The translations under genes were made by a program, and so were the position numbers. A stretch of DNA of 64,000 bases from NCBI GenBank assembly GCA_052173975.1, contig JBQMXN010000007.1, forward strand, positions 1,431 through 65,430, written 5' to 3'. Each line of letters begins with the position of its first letter. Within the stretch, counting starts at the first letter, position 1. The notes beneath the pieces are model-generated. The model made no database searches. It saw nothing but the letters and a program-made list of their open reading frames with translations, and was not told the origin of the DNA. The DNA is from Candidatus Cryptobacteroides sp. (lineage in GTDB: Bacteria; Bacteroidota; Bacteroidia; Bacteroidales; UBA932). Of this stretch, positions 10,116 through 20,059 are shown in pieces.

Positions 10116-10580
10116 TTACTTTTTCGAATCTTTCCTTGCTGTGTACATAATTTTCAATGCGGAACAACGCCTTAACTCCTGTTTGATATCGGTAATTATA
10201 CCCATATTAACATTTTCATCCGCTTTGATTGATACCTGCATAAACTGTTTATCCACTTCACTCATTGCATCGCGTTCTGCTGCAATAAAGTCCCTGATGT
10301 CATTTACAGTTTTGAAAGAATCATTAAGTTGGATACGGGCGTCTGTTCCATACTGAGCTCTGTAATTCAATGTAGGAGGACCTACGTTGATATATGAAGC
10401 AAGATCTTTTCTTTCCAACTTCACAACTTCAGTAGCAGTCGGAAGTTGTACAGCCACCTTTACCTCGTTCTGTCTCATCTGAGTAGTAACCATGAAAAAG
10501 AACAGAAACATAAACACTATATCGGAACTCGTTCCGATTTCCGGCATTTCTTTTTTACCGCTTCTCTTAAATGTTGGCAT
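10116..10580 (-). CDS. exbD: Biopolymer transport protein ExbD/TolR
   Basis: 154 aa with a single N-terminal TM (DIVFMFLFFFMV). Size and position after exbB/exbD fit. Confidence 0.85.
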   Translation of the reverse strand: MPTFKRSGKKEMPEIGTSSDIVFMFLFFFMVTTQMRQNEVKVAVQLPTATEVVKLERKDLASYINVGPPTLNYRAQYGTDARIQLNDSFKTVNDIRDFIAAERDAMSEVDKQFMQVSIKADENVNMGIITDIKQELRRCSALKIMYTARKDSKK

Positions 10581-10593
10581 TTCTTAGTTCTCC

Positions 10594-11172
10594 TTATTTT
10601 TTGGCTACATCCTTAGGCTCTGCTTCAGAGATATTTTGAGGAACAGCTTTCTTGGTAATCTCTTGTTGTTCACCGTTTACACGCGAAAAAGGTTTCCCGA
10701 AGTGTTGCATACAAAAAGCATCCCTAAGCTCATTGATTGCTCTCATAAGCTCATTTTGGACAGCTATATATGCTTGATAACTCGTACCGCGGTCATTTTG
10801 AAGAGAAATCACTCCCTTGGATACCGGGTATTTACCGAATCCCGGAATATCTGTCATCTCCTTTTCAGGAAGACTCGGATTATCGCCCGGATTGGTAAGG
10901 AATTCCTTGATCTTGTCTTTAAGCTGACTTATATCAATACCTCCGTTACCTGCGAATATTCTGTCTGCCGAGTTGATTTTTACAACAATAATATTGCGAC
11001 GATTTACTTTCTGATCCTCTATCTTTTGATTCTTATCAGGCATAGGCGGCAAACGACGCTGCAAACCTGACTGCTGATCCATCGTGGATACCATTAGGAA
11101 GTAGCAGAGGAGCAAAAAAGCAATGTCTGCCGTTGATTGTGTATTTAAGCCCGGCGTTTTTCTCTTAGACAT
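10594..11172 (-). CDS. exbD: Biopolymer transport protein ExbD/TolR (longer paralogue)
   Basis: 192 aa with an N-terminal TM (DIAFLLLCYFLMVSTM) and ExbD-like periplasmic domain. Adjacent to the second exbD. Confidence 0.85.
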   Translation of the reverse strand: MSKRKTPGLNTQSTADIAFLLLCYFLMVSTMDQQSGLQRRLPPMPDKNQKIEDQKVNRRNIIVVKINSADRIFAGNGGIDISQLKDKIKEFLTNPGDNPSLPEKEMTDIPGFGKYPVSKGVISLQNDRGTSYQAYIAVQNELMRAINELRDAFCMQHFGKPFSRVNGEQQEITKKAVPQNISEAEPKDVAKK

Positions 11173-11180
11173 AGCTTGTT

Positions 11181-11609
11181 TTATTTGCGAACAGCACTGA
11201 GAATTTCACCTAATACTATAGAAACGATAGCACACGCACTAAGTAAGTATGTGAGGTTCAGCAATGTTGTCGAAAGTTTCAAAATCGTTGTTGAAGGCTG
11301 TTCTCCTATATATCCTACAAGAGGAGAAGAAGAAGCCGTTAAATAAGCGGCAAGTACTATAAAAGCCGCTACTACAAGCCCTAATCCCAATTTGATCAGG
11401 TCTTTCGGATTTGTTATGGCTGCGAATGTGATGCTTAGAACTATTACCAATCCTATGGCTGCTACCAAAAGGATATAGCCCCAACGCAAAAGCACATCTA
11501 CCGCTACACCTCCGTTTGACTCAAATCCGGTAGCAAAACCGGTAATGAGCAGGATGGTGCTTATGATAATTAGCGCCCACGAAATCCATTTAGCTATTTT
11601 AGCGTACAT
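11181..11609 (-). CDS. Hypothetical 4-TM membrane protein inside the exbB-exbD cluster
   Basis: 142 aa with four hydrophobic segments, tightly packed between exbB and exbD (gaps of 18 and 8 nt). Confidence 0.7.
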   Translation of the reverse strand: MYAKIAKWISWALIIISTILLITGFATGFESNGGVAVDVLLRWGYILLVAAIGLVIVLSITFAAITNPKDLIKLGLGLVVAAFIVLAAYLTASSSPLVGYIGEQPSTTILKLSTTLLNLTYLLSACAIVSIVLGEILSAVRK

Positions 11610-11627
11610 TATATTATACTTGTTAAA

Positions 11628-12416
11628 TTATTTTCTCTTTTTTGTCAAAATATCAACCAAAGAAATTGATGAATCTTCCATTTCGATAGAAAGGGCATCG
11701 ATTCTTGATAGGATATAGTTGTAGAAAATCTGAAGAATCATAGCAACGATCAAACCGGCAACGGTAGTAATCAAAGCGACTTTCATACCTCCTGCAACAA
11801 TGTTAGGAGAAATATCGCCTGCTCTCTGGATAGCATCGAATGCCTCAACCATACCGATAACCGTTCCCAAGAAACCGAGAGATGGAGCAAGAGAAATGAA
11901 AAGAGAAATCCAAGAAAGACCGTTCTCCATAAGGCTCATTTGTACTGAACCGTAAGAAACGATTGTTTTTTCAACTACGTCTATCCCTTGATCGTAACGA
12001 AGAAGTCCTTGATAGAAAATACTTGCTACAGGACCGCGTGTATTGCGGCATACATCTTTTGCAGCCTCAATTCCGCCTTCAGCAAGAGCGTTCTCTATGT
12101 TAGATAGAAGTTTCTTCGTATTTGTCTTAGAGAATGAAAGATAAAGAATTCTTTCAATTGATAATGCAAGACCGAAAATAAGACAGATGATGATGAAAGA
12201 CATAAAGCCTGCACCGCCCTCAATGAATTTTGTTTTAATAGCCTGATGAAGAGGAATTTCTTCGCCAGAACCGCTAAACAAATCGGCAGCGGTTGCCGGA
12301 GCTTCTGTAACTTGTTCTGTAGCAGTGCTATCATTAGCTTGTTCCTGTGCAGATACAATATTTGCAGAAAAGGCCATAAGACCGATTACTGCCAAAAACA
12401 TGAAAAACTTTTTCAT
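11628..12416 (-). CDS. exbB: MotA/TolQ/ExbB proton-channel protein
   Basis: 262 aa with a signal-like N-terminus, three TM segments and the C-terminal ExbB pattern SLGFLGTVIGMVEAF. Confidence 0.9.
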   Translation of the reverse strand: MKKFFMFLAVIGLMAFSANIVSAQEQANDSTATEQVTEAPATAADLFSGSGEEIPLHQAIKTKFIEGGAGFMSFIIICLIFGLALSIERILYLSFSKTNTKKLLSNIENALAEGGIEAAKDVCRNTRGPVASIFYQGLLRYDQGIDVVEKTIVSYGSVQMSLMENGLSWISLFISLAPSLGFLGTVIGMVEAFDAIQRAGDISPNIVAGGMKVALITTVAGLIVAMILQIFYNYILSRIDALSIEMEDSSISLVDILTKKRK

Positions 12417-12540
12417 AATCGTTTTTGTGTGTGTTAAATGATGATTTATTAATTAATTAAATATTTTCAATGTTGTTAGAATAAATGTTCCTAACGTCAA
12501 TTAAGGCGCAATTTAACAAAAAAAAATTATTAAACAATGA

Positions 12541-13596
12541 TTATATAGATATTTCTCCCTTTATATCTTTTCCGAATAATTGTTTTACCATATCATTATC
12601 TTTATATTTTCCCATTAAATGGAATAACTTTCCTAATGCACTTTCCGTAGTGCTATCATTGCCTGAAAGTACTCCGGCGTGCTTTAAAGTCCCTCCTGTA
12701 GCATAGAGATTCATATTCACTTGTCCATATAAGCATTGAGTAACATTTACTAAAATTTTACCCATTTTGTTGGCTTCTTCGACCAATTGAGAGAACCATT
12801 CCTTAGAAGGAGCATTTCCTGCTCCGTATGTTTCTATAATTACCGCTCTGGTCTCAGGACCGCACAAAATATTTTTTACCATTTGCGGAGTGATGCCGGG
12901 ATGAATTTTAAGTATAGATACTCTTGTATCCAATTCTGCATTTACTATAAGGCTCTTATTATAACTCTCAGGATATCTTATATATTTCGTGTTGTATTTT
13001 ATATTTATTCCTGCTTCCGCTAAAATAGGAAAATTAGGAGAGCTGAAAGCATTAAACCCTTCTGAATTTATTTTTTTTGTCCTGTTTCCTCTCATCAATT
13101 TGGAATCAAAATAAATGCAGACCTCAGGTACTACGGCCTTTCCTTCTTTATCTTTTGCAGAGGCGATCTCTACGGCTGAAATAAGATTCTCTTTCCCATC
13201 AGTACGAGGCACTCCTATTGGAAGTTGGCTACCTGTGAAAATAACAGGTTTGCTTAAATTATCTAACATAAAACTCACTGCAGATGCAGAATAGGACATA
13301 GTATCGGTACCATGCAAAATTACAAATCCGTCATAATCGTTATAATTATCGGCTATAACTCCTGTTATTGCTTGCCAATGTGTCGGTTCAATATCTGATG
13401 AATCTATAAGCGGAGAAAAAGTATATGAATCTACTTTGAATGCGTATTTCCCTAATTCCGGCACTTCCTGCAAAATCTGATCGAAATCAAAAGGTTTAAG
13501 CGTCAAATCGGTAGGATCTTGTTTCATTCCGATTGTCCCTCCCGTATATATCAACAGGATGGAAGATTTTCCTGATTTCAAATTGCTATGTGTCAT
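12541..13596 (-). CDS. ansA: L-asparaginase, type I
   Basis: 351 aa with LLIYTGGTIGM and ILHGTDTM catalytic threonine motifs. Confidence 0.92.
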   Translation of the reverse strand: MTHSNLKSGKSSILLIYTGGTIGMKQDPTDLTLKPFDFDQILQEVPELGKYAFKVDSYTFSPLIDSSDIEPTHWQAITGVIADNYNDYDGFVILHGTDTMSYSASAVSFMLDNLSKPVIFTGSQLPIGVPRTDGKENLISAVEIASAKDKEGKAVVPEVCIYFDSKLMRGNRTKKINSEGFNAFSSPNFPILAEAGINIKYNTKYIRYPESYNKSLIVNAELDTRVSILKIHPGITPQMVKNILCGPETRAVIIETYGAGNAPSKEWFSQLVEEANKMGKILVNVTQCLYGQVNMNLYATGGTLKHAGVLSGNDSTTESALGKLFHLMGKYKDNDMVKQLFGKDIKGEISI

Positions 13597-14360
13597 AAAT
13601 TAAATAATTTAATAGCATTTTGCGTAGTGGCATCCGCCACTTCCTCTATATCGATGCCTTTTTGGTCGGCAATTTTTTGAGCCACAAAAGGAATGTATGA
13701 ACTTTCATTTCTTGTACCTCTGTGAGGTACAGGAGTAAGGTAAGGCGAATCCGTTTCCAAAACAATATGACTCAAAGGAATTTGTTTTATATCCTCAGCT
13801 ATGCTTGCTTTTTTGAAAGTTACGACGCCTCCTATTCCTACATACCAATCTCCATATTTTTGCAATCTCATAAATGTTTCATAACTGCCACTAAAAGCAT
13901 GCATATTACCTCTTAAACCTAAGTGTTTGCAATCTTCCAAAACTTTGAAAAAGTCATCTGTGGCATCCCTTAAATGTATATTTACAGGTAAATTCATTTT
14001 TGCTGCCAATTCGAATAGCCATCTCAATGCTTCCATCTGTTCTTTGGCGAAATCTTTAGATGTATGATAATCAAGACCTATTTCCCCTATTGCAACGATC
14101 TTTCTATCCTTGTATTGAAGCATTAAATCTATTTCTTTTTGCCATTCTGAATTTACAGACTCGGGATATAGACCAAGCATAGGATATAAGACTCCCTGAT
14201 ACTTATCAACTAAATTAAACATCGCTTCTCTTTCGTTACTGTCTATATCGGGATGAATCATTTTTTCAACACCTGTCTCCACGGCTCTATTGATTACCGT
14301 ATCTTCTTCTCCCATAAAAGCTTCATCAACAAAATGCGTATGTGTGTCTATAAATTTCAT
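13593..14360 (-). CDS. TatD family metal-dependent hydrolase
   Basis: FIDTHTHF, NIHLRDA and ETDSPYL motifs. ATG at 14360 is preferred over the upstream TTG (14381). Overlaps the ansA start by 4 nt. Confidence 0.9.
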   Translation of the reverse strand: MKFIDTHTHFVDEAFMGEEDTVINRAVETGVEKMIHPDIDSNEREAMFNLVDKYQGVLYPMLGLYPESVNSEWQKEIDLMLQYKDRKIVAIGEIGLDYHTSKDFAKEQMEALRWLFELAAKMNLPVNIHLRDATDDFFKVLEDCKHLGLRGNMHAFSGSYETFMRLQKYGDWYVGIGGVVTFKKASIAEDIKQIPLSHIVLETDSPYLTPVPHRGTRNESSYIPFVAQKIADQKGIDIEEVADATTQNAIKLFNL

Positions 14361-14434
14361 ATAATCTTTTCGGAATTCCAAAATCTATTCAAATATAACT
14401 GTATAAATACGAACATCAAAATAAACGACATACT

Positions 14435-15604
14435 TTATCTGCTTTTATGAATAATCCTGCAACGTTGCAACAAATCTATTTCTATAAATCCGTCATATCT
14501 CATCATCTCTGATGTAGAAGAAACGACATTGTAAGGTATATCGCATATGTTGCTTATTTCATCGAAATTCAATTCTTTGTACTTTTCTAAAGTCTTTATT
14601 ATTATTTCTATATATGTTAAAATCTCCGGACTTGTCTTTGAAACATAAAAATTAATAATCGATTTTTTATAATCTATATGCCTCTTTTTAGAAATACGTT
14701 GTCTGCCGATTAATTTTAAAGCATCACTGATAGAAGTAATAGGCAGAGCCAGATTTTGTTTAATAAGCTGGTTGCATCCTTGAGAAAGCATATCATCTGC
14801 TCTTCCCGGGAGTGCAAGTACAGGTCTGTTATAATCAAACGCCATCCCTGCCGTAAGCATACCGCCTCCTTTGATTCCTGATTCTATTAAAATAGTAGCT
14901 GAACTCATTCCTGCTATGATTCTGTTTCTTCGAATGAAATTGATTTTTTGCAGGTTTGTATTATATGGATAATCCGTAATGATAGCACAACCGGGAGTAT
15001 CAGATATCTTTTCAGCCAAATTTTCATGAAATCTTGGATAGATCTTTTCAGGTCCTGTAGCCATTACTGCTACGGTAGGAAGATTATTCTCTAAAGCAAC
15101 TTTATGTGCAATATAATCCGTACCGAAAGCAAGACCGCTGATTATTAAAGGTGTCTTTCCGGTAAGCGCGAATTCTTCTATTATTTTTGTAGTCCATTCT
15201 TTACCATAATAAGTCAAATCACGAGTACCTACTATTGCAATAGGAATATCATTATTAAACACTTCATTTGGAGAGGAAATACCTTTAAAATACAGACATA
15301 GAGGGCGGTCTTCACATTCTTTCAATAAGGCAGGGTAAGAGTTATCATTTAATGTAATAAATTCTCCTCCTGATTTGCGGTGTTCTTCAATTTCTTTTGA
15401 GCAGGATTCCAATAGTTGGTTTGAAATTTGTTCCGTATATTTAGAATAAATACCTAGGAGTCCTTCCAAATCTTTTTCCGACAATTTAAATACCTCTGCC
15501 GCAGATCCTATATGCTCTATTATTGAAATAGCCGTTTTAGGTTTGAATCCGAATATTTTATTAAGTGCGCAAATACTGATTCTCTCTTCTTCTGTTTCTT
15601 TCAT
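14435..15604 (-). CDS. dprA: DNA processing protein DprA (Smf)
   Basis: Rossmann-like DprA core with SGLAFGTDYIAHKVAL and GGGMLTAGMA. ATG at 15604 is preferred over TTG at 15625. Confidence 0.9.
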   Translation of the reverse strand: MKETEEERISICALNKIFGFKPKTAISIIEHIGSAAEVFKLSEKDLEGLLGIYSKYTEQISNQLLESCSKEIEEHRKSGGEFITLNDNSYPALLKECEDRPLCLYFKGISSPNEVFNNDIPIAIVGTRDLTYYGKEWTTKIIEEFALTGKTPLIISGLAFGTDYIAHKVALENNLPTVAVMATGPEKIYPRFHENLAEKISDTPGCAIITDYPYNTNLQKINFIRRNRIIAGMSSATILIESGIKGGGMLTAGMAFDYNRPVLALPGRADDMLSQGCNQLIKQNLALPITSISDALKLIGRQRISKKRHIDYKKSIINFYVSKTSPEILTYIEIIIKTLEKYKELNFDEISNICDIPYNVVSSTSEMMRYDGFIEIDLLQRCRIIHKSR

Positions 15605-15650
15605 CTCATTACTATTTACAAGCAACGCGAAGATATTTCAAATAATGAAT

Positions 15651-15685
15651 AAATCTGCCATTCTTAAATTTAGATTGGCAGATTT
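15651..15685 (-). terminator. Hairpin downstream of queA (terminator candidate)
   Basis: 10-bp stem AAATCTGCCA (15651-15660) / TGGCAGATTT (15676-15685) with only a moderately T-rich tail on the minus strand. Confidence 0.4.
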
Positions 15686-15718
15686 ATATGTTTTTTATGT
15701 ATAAAATTACGTTTCTTA

Positions 15719-16768
15719 TCAGATAATCAAAAGAGCATCTCCATAAGGTCCGAATTTATATCCTTTTTCCAATGCTTCCTTATACGCATTCATTACGTTA
15801 TTGAAACCTCCGAAAGAAGCCACAGACATCAACATTGTAGATTCCGGTAAATGGAAATTGGAAACGATTGCATCGGGAATTGAAAACTCGTAAGGAGGAA
15901 AAATAAATTTATTCGTCCATCCGTCAAATGGTTTGATTTCACTTTTAGTGGTAACGTATGTTTCCAAACCTCTCATGCAAGTGACTCCTACCGCAAGGAT
16001 TTTATGTCCGCTTGTCTTCGTTTTGTTTATTTGATTGGCACTTTCTTCAGAAATGATAAGTCTTTCGGAATCCATTCTATGCTTTGAAAGATCTTCAACA
16101 TCCACTCTTCTGAAATGCCCTATGCCCATGTGCACTGTTATGAAAGTTTTATTTATATCTTTCAAAATCATTCTGTTGAATAACTCTCTGCTGAAATGTA
16201 GACCTGCTGCAGGAACGGCAACTGCACCTTCTTCTTTTGCAAAAATTGTCTGATAATTTTCTTTATCCTCAGGAGTTACTTCAGGTTTTACCCATTTAGG
16301 CACAGGAATCTCTCCCATTCCGAATAATACTTCTTTGAACTCCTCATATGGCCCATCATAGAGGAAACGTAATGTCCTTCCTCGAGATGTAGTATTATCT
16401 ATTACTTCCGCAACCAAACTTTCATCCTCACCGAAATAAAGTTTATTACCGATACGTATTTTCCTTGCGGGATCCACTATAACATCCCAAAGACGTTGTT
16501 CTCTGTTAAGTTCTCTTAACAAAAAGACCATAATATCCGCACCTGTTTTTTCTTTTTTACCATAAAGACGCGCAGGAAATACTTTAGTATCATTTAAAAC
16601 GAAAATATCGCCCTTCCCGAAATAGTCTATGATGTTTTTGAACATTTTGTGTTCTATTTCTCCGGTTTGTTTATGCAAAACCATCAATTTGCATTCGTCC
16701 CTCCATTGAGGAGGTTCAGAGGCGATGCTTTCTTTCGTTAGTGTGAATTGAAATTGTGAAAGTTTCAT
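15719..16768 (-). CDS. queA: S-adenosylmethionine:tRNA ribosyltransferase-isomerase
   Basis: 349 aa with QueA-typical [12 protein letters not shown] and end-to-end similarity by eye. Confidence 0.93.
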   Translation of the reverse strand: MKLSQFQFTLTKESIASEPPQWRDECKLMVLHKQTGEIEHKMFKNIIDYFGKGDIFVLNDTKVFPARLYGKKEKTGADIMVFLLRELNREQRLWDVIVDPARKIRIGNKLYFGEDESLVAEVIDNTTSRGRTLRFLYDGPYEEFKEVLFGMGEIPVPKWVKPEVTPEDKENYQTIFAKEEGAVAVPAAGLHFSRELFNRMILKDINKTFITVHMGIGHFRRVDVEDLSKHRMDSERLIISEESANQINKTKTSGHKILAVGVTCMRGLETYVTTKSEIKPFDGWTNKFIFPPYEFSIPDAIVSNFHLPESTMLMSVASFGGFNNVMNAYKEALEKGYKFGPYGDALLII

Positions 16769-16845
16769 TTATTATTCAATAAAATATATGATATTCTTTA
16801 TTTATACGGTTGGTAATTCAAATAAGTTTCAAGAGAATTACAAAA

Positions 16846-17457
16846 TCAGATTTTAGCCTCTCGGAATACTTCCATAATAGATGGAAATGTATTTTTTAAG
16901 AAAGGAGGCAGACTTGTTTTCGATACCCATGCTGCCTTCATTATATCTTCCTCACGTTGCGGCGTTAACTCGGGCTGCTCATTATAATACATTTCATACC
17001 ACCATGTATGTTTCAAATGCCAGATGCCATCTCGTTTATAGCAATGATCAGTAACGGTAATCAAATCTCCCAATGTAAGATTGGTGACACCGGTTTCTTC
17101 TTCAACCTCTCTCAACGCTGTTGTCTCCATACTTTCTCCCTTTTCTCTGTGTCCTTTCGGTAAGTCCCATAATCCATTCCTTTTTATCAACAGAAAATCA
17201 CTTCTCTTATTGATTACCAGACCGCCTGCAGCCTCTACCTCCTTAAATTCCGAACATAAACGCTTATATGTTTCCTCTAAATCATCAGTAGGAATGTAAG
17301 TCCTTAAAATCGTGTCCGATATCTCAAACATATTCACGATAGTACGTATGTCGAATTTATCTTTAATCAAAAATTCGACTGCATTCGGGTCTGCCAAAGT
17401 CGGTTCATCCGGATTTGTAAGGATAATACATCTGTTCTCGAAATATATCCTGTGCAT
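16846..17457 (-). CDS. NUDIX hydrolase
   Basis: Nudix box GHREKGESMETTALREVEEETG. Confidence 0.9.
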   Translation of the reverse strand: MHRIYFENRCIILTNPDEPTLADPNAVEFLIKDKFDIRTIVNMFEISDTILRTYIPTDDLEETYKRLCSEFKEVEAAGGLVINKRSDFLLIKRNGLWDLPKGHREKGESMETTALREVEEETGVTNLTLGDLITVTDHCYKRDGIWHLKHTWWYEMYYNEQPELTPQREEDIMKAAWVSKTSLPPFLKNTFPSIMEVFREAKI

Positions 17458-17473
17458 ATAATTTGAAATTTCT

Positions 17474-17481
17474 TAACTTTG
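17474..17481 (+). promoter_or_regulatory. Bacteroidota -7 promoter box (TAACTTTG) for pyrE
   Basis: Exact TAnnTTTG match 39 nt upstream of the pyrE ATG. Confidence 0.45.
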
Positions 17482-17490
17482 TAGAAAGTG

Positions 17491-17498
17491 CAAATTTA
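17491..17498 (-). promoter_or_regulatory. Bacteroidota -7 promoter box (TAAATTTG) for the NUDIX gene
   Basis: Exact TAnnTTTG on the minus strand 34 nt upstream of ATG 17457. Divergent with the pyrE box. Confidence 0.45.
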
Positions 17499-17519
17499 TA
17501 AATTTTATTTGTTAACATT

Positions 17520-18155
17520 ATGGAAAAGACAGATAGAAAATTGGCTTCGGCTTTAATGGACATAGGTGCAGTCCTGTTAAGACCTGAGAACCCTTTTGTA
17601 TGGGCTTCAGGCTGGCATTCGCCTGTATATTGCGATAATAGACGTATTTTATCTGATCCCGCTTTGAGAAAATTGGTTGCCTCTCGGCTTGCAGAAGTCG
17701 CTAAAACGGAATTTCCGGATGCTCAAATCGTGGCGGGAGTAGCGACAGGGGCTATTGCGCACGGAGTTTTAGTGGCGGATTTGCTCGAAAAGCCATTCGT
17801 ATATGTACGTTCAAAACCCAAAGATCACGGAACAGGTTCGCAAATAGAGGGAGTACTTCCTAAAAATTCAAAAGTTGTAGTAATAGAAGATCTTATTTCT
17901 ACAGGTATGAGTAGTCTTGCCGCCGTTCAAGCTTTACAGGATGCAGGTGCAGAAGTACTCGGAATGGTAGCAATTTTCACTTACGGTTTTGATGTTGCAA
18001 CTGAAAAATTTAAAGACAAGAATTTAAAATTAGTTACTCTTTCCAATTACAATGTCCTTATTGACCTTGCGTTGGAAAGAGAAAAAATAAAAACATCGGA
18101 ATTGGAAAAGTTAAATGAATGGAGAAAATCTCCGTCAACGTGGAATGTAAAATAA
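17520..18155 (+). CDS. pyrE: Orotate phosphoribosyltransferase
   Basis: 211 aa with PRPP-binding motif VVVIEDLISTGMS. Confidence 0.93.
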   Translation: MEKTDRKLASALMDIGAVLLRPENPFVWASGWHSPVYCDNRRILSDPALRKLVASRLAEVAKTEFPDAQIVAGVATGAIAHGVLVADLLEKPFVYVRSKPKDHGTGSQIEGVLPKNSKVVVIEDLISTGMSSLAAVQALQDAGAEVLGMVAIFTYGFDVATEKFKDKNLKLVTLSNYNVLIDLALEREKIKTSELEKLNEWRKSPSTWNVK

Positions 18156-18161
18156 CTATAT

Positions 18162-18635
18162 ATGTCGGAACAGATTAAAAGCAAACATGTTATTGTATCG
18201 CGTCCTCCGTATGAATTGTATATGGCATTTGCAGATATGCGCAACTTTTTGCAGTTTTTACCGGAAGATAAAAAGAAAGATATAATAGCTGATTATGATA
18301 GCCTTACCGTTACTGTACAAGGTTTTAATGTCGGCATTAAAGTGTCAGATAGAATACCTTATTCTAAAATAGAATTGAATGATAATGGCGCTCCTTTCTC
18401 TTTTAACATATCTATTCATTTCGATGCGGTTTCGGATAATTCCGGAAAAACGGATTTTTATATAGAATTTAATGCAGAACTTAATCTTATGATGAAAATG
18501 ATGTTAGGTTCAAAACTGAAAGATGCAATGGATAAGATTGCAGATGGGCTTGCAGCGGCATCTGAAGGTCGTTTACCGGAAGGGGTAGACCAGTCCGTGC
18601 TGGAACAATTTAAAGATAAATTCAAGAACCGGTAA
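18162..18635 (+). CDS. Hypothetical protein (SRPBCC-like size and pattern, weak)
   Basis: 157-aa ORF tightly coupled to its neighbours; the stop overlaps the next start (TAATG). No diagnostic motif seen. Confidence 0.6.
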   Translation: MSEQIKSKHVIVSRPPYELYMAFADMRNFLQFLPEDKKKDIIADYDSLTVTVQGFNVGIKVSDRIPYSKIELNDNGAPFSFNISIHFDAVSDNSGKTDFYIEFNAELNLMMKMMLGSKLKDAMDKIADGLAAASEGRLPEGVDQSVLEQFKDKFKNR

Positions 18636-20059
18636 TGGATAGCATTGATAACGGGCAGTTTCGTTCACTACTCTGTGAGGCTGTCGGTGCACATAATGCT
18701 TGTATTGTGATAGATGCTCTTCAAGAGAGTGCATCGGTTTCTGTTCGTATCAATCCGTTTAAGTATAAAAATAGTCATTTCTGCTTAAATACGACTTGCG
18801 ATCTTCCAAGTTCGAATTGCGAGAGTTCTCTGTTTGGAGATATAGCGGATGGGGGAGTGTCTTGGAATGAGGATGCTTTGTTTTTGAAGGAAAGACCTGT
18901 TTTTACTTTGGATCCGCTTTTCCATACAGGGCTTTATTATGTTCAGGATTCTTCTGCTATGTTTCCGGGGTGGGTGTTGGGAAAAATTTTGAGTGAGGGC
19001 GGATATGTAGGCTTATCCGGAAGACCTTTTCGCGTGTTGGATTTGTGTGCGGCGCCGGGCGGCAAAACCACTGATATATCAGTGGTTTTAAGAAAGTTTT
19101 TCGGAGAAAACTTTCTTGCGGTTTCAAACGAAGTTATGAAACCGCGCGCCCGCGCCCTTGCCGACAACGTAGCCGTTTGGGGAGACCCGAACGTCCTCGT
19201 AACAAACCTCGATCCCTCAGCTTTCTCCGGCTTACAAGGCTACTTCGACCTCATTATCGCAGACGTCCCTTGCTCAGGCGAAGGCATGTTCCGCAAAGAC
19301 CGGGTTGCAGTAGCCGAATGGAGCAAAGATACCGTAGACCTGTGTGCTGCACGACAAAAAAGAATTATCGGTGATGTCTGGAACGCATTAGCTCCGGAAG
19401 GTATCCTGATCTACTCCACCTGCACATTCAACAAATACGAAAACGACGATAACGTAGAATGGATAGCCAAAACATTGGGAGCCGAAATTTTAGAAATCAA
19501 AGAAGTAGACAAGTCGGTATTTAAAACTCAATACGGTTTCTCATTGCTTCCCGGTTTAGTCCGAGGAGAAGGACAATATTGCTCCGCATTAAGAAAAACG
19601 GGAGGAAATAAATTCAATAAAGTTCTTCAATCTAAAAATAAAAAAAGTAACCTTAATCAAGACTTCCATTCTCTTATTAATATAGAAGCTGAGTTTACAC
19701 TTAAATCAGATAATATAATAGCAATTCCTAAAGTCATTTCTGAAGAATGCCGTGTATTGGAAGATTTAAGACCAATAAGATCAGGAGTAGCCATAGGGCA
19801 AGTTAAAGGGAAAATTTTAGTACCTGATTCTGACTTCGCTCTATCATACATTATAAAACAAGGAGCATATCCTACTTGCGAAGTAGACAAAGACACAGCA
19901 ATCGCATTCTTGCATAAAGACACAATAATACTTCCTAATTCTGAAAAAGGTTATTTGATAATAAAATACAAAGATTATCCTTTGGGATTTGTAAAGAATT
20001 TAGGTAATCGTTGCAACAATTTACACTCTCTCAGCAGGCGTATAAGAATGGATATTTAA
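18635..20059 (+). CDS. NOL1/NOP2/Sun family rRNA cytosine-C5 methyltransferase (RsmF-like)
   Basis: SAM motif DLCAAPGGKT and catalytic cysteine motifs DVPCSGEG and YSTCT. Confidence 0.88.
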   Translation: MDSIDNGQFRSLLCEAVGAHNACIVIDALQESASVSVRINPFKYKNSHFCLNTTCDLPSSNCESSLFGDIADGGVSWNEDALFLKERPVFTLDPLFHTGLYYVQDSSAMFPGWVLGKILSEGGYVGLSGRPFRVLDLCAAPGGKTTDISVVLRKFFGENFLAVSNEVMKPRARALADNVAVWGDPNVLVTNLDPSAFSGLQGYFDLIIADVPCSGEGMFRKDRVAVAEWSKDTVDLCAARQKRIIGDVWNALAPEGILIYSTCTFNKYENDDNVEWIAKTLGAEILEIKEVDKSVFKTQYGFSLLPGLVRGEGQYCSALRKTGGNKFNKVLQSKNKKSNLNQDFHSLINIEAEFTLKSDNIIAIPKVISEECRVLEDLRPIRSGVAIGQVKGKILVPDSDFALSYIIKQGAYPTCEVDKDTAIAFLHKDTIILPNSEKGYLIIKYKDYPLGFVKNLGNRCNNLHSLSRRIRMDI

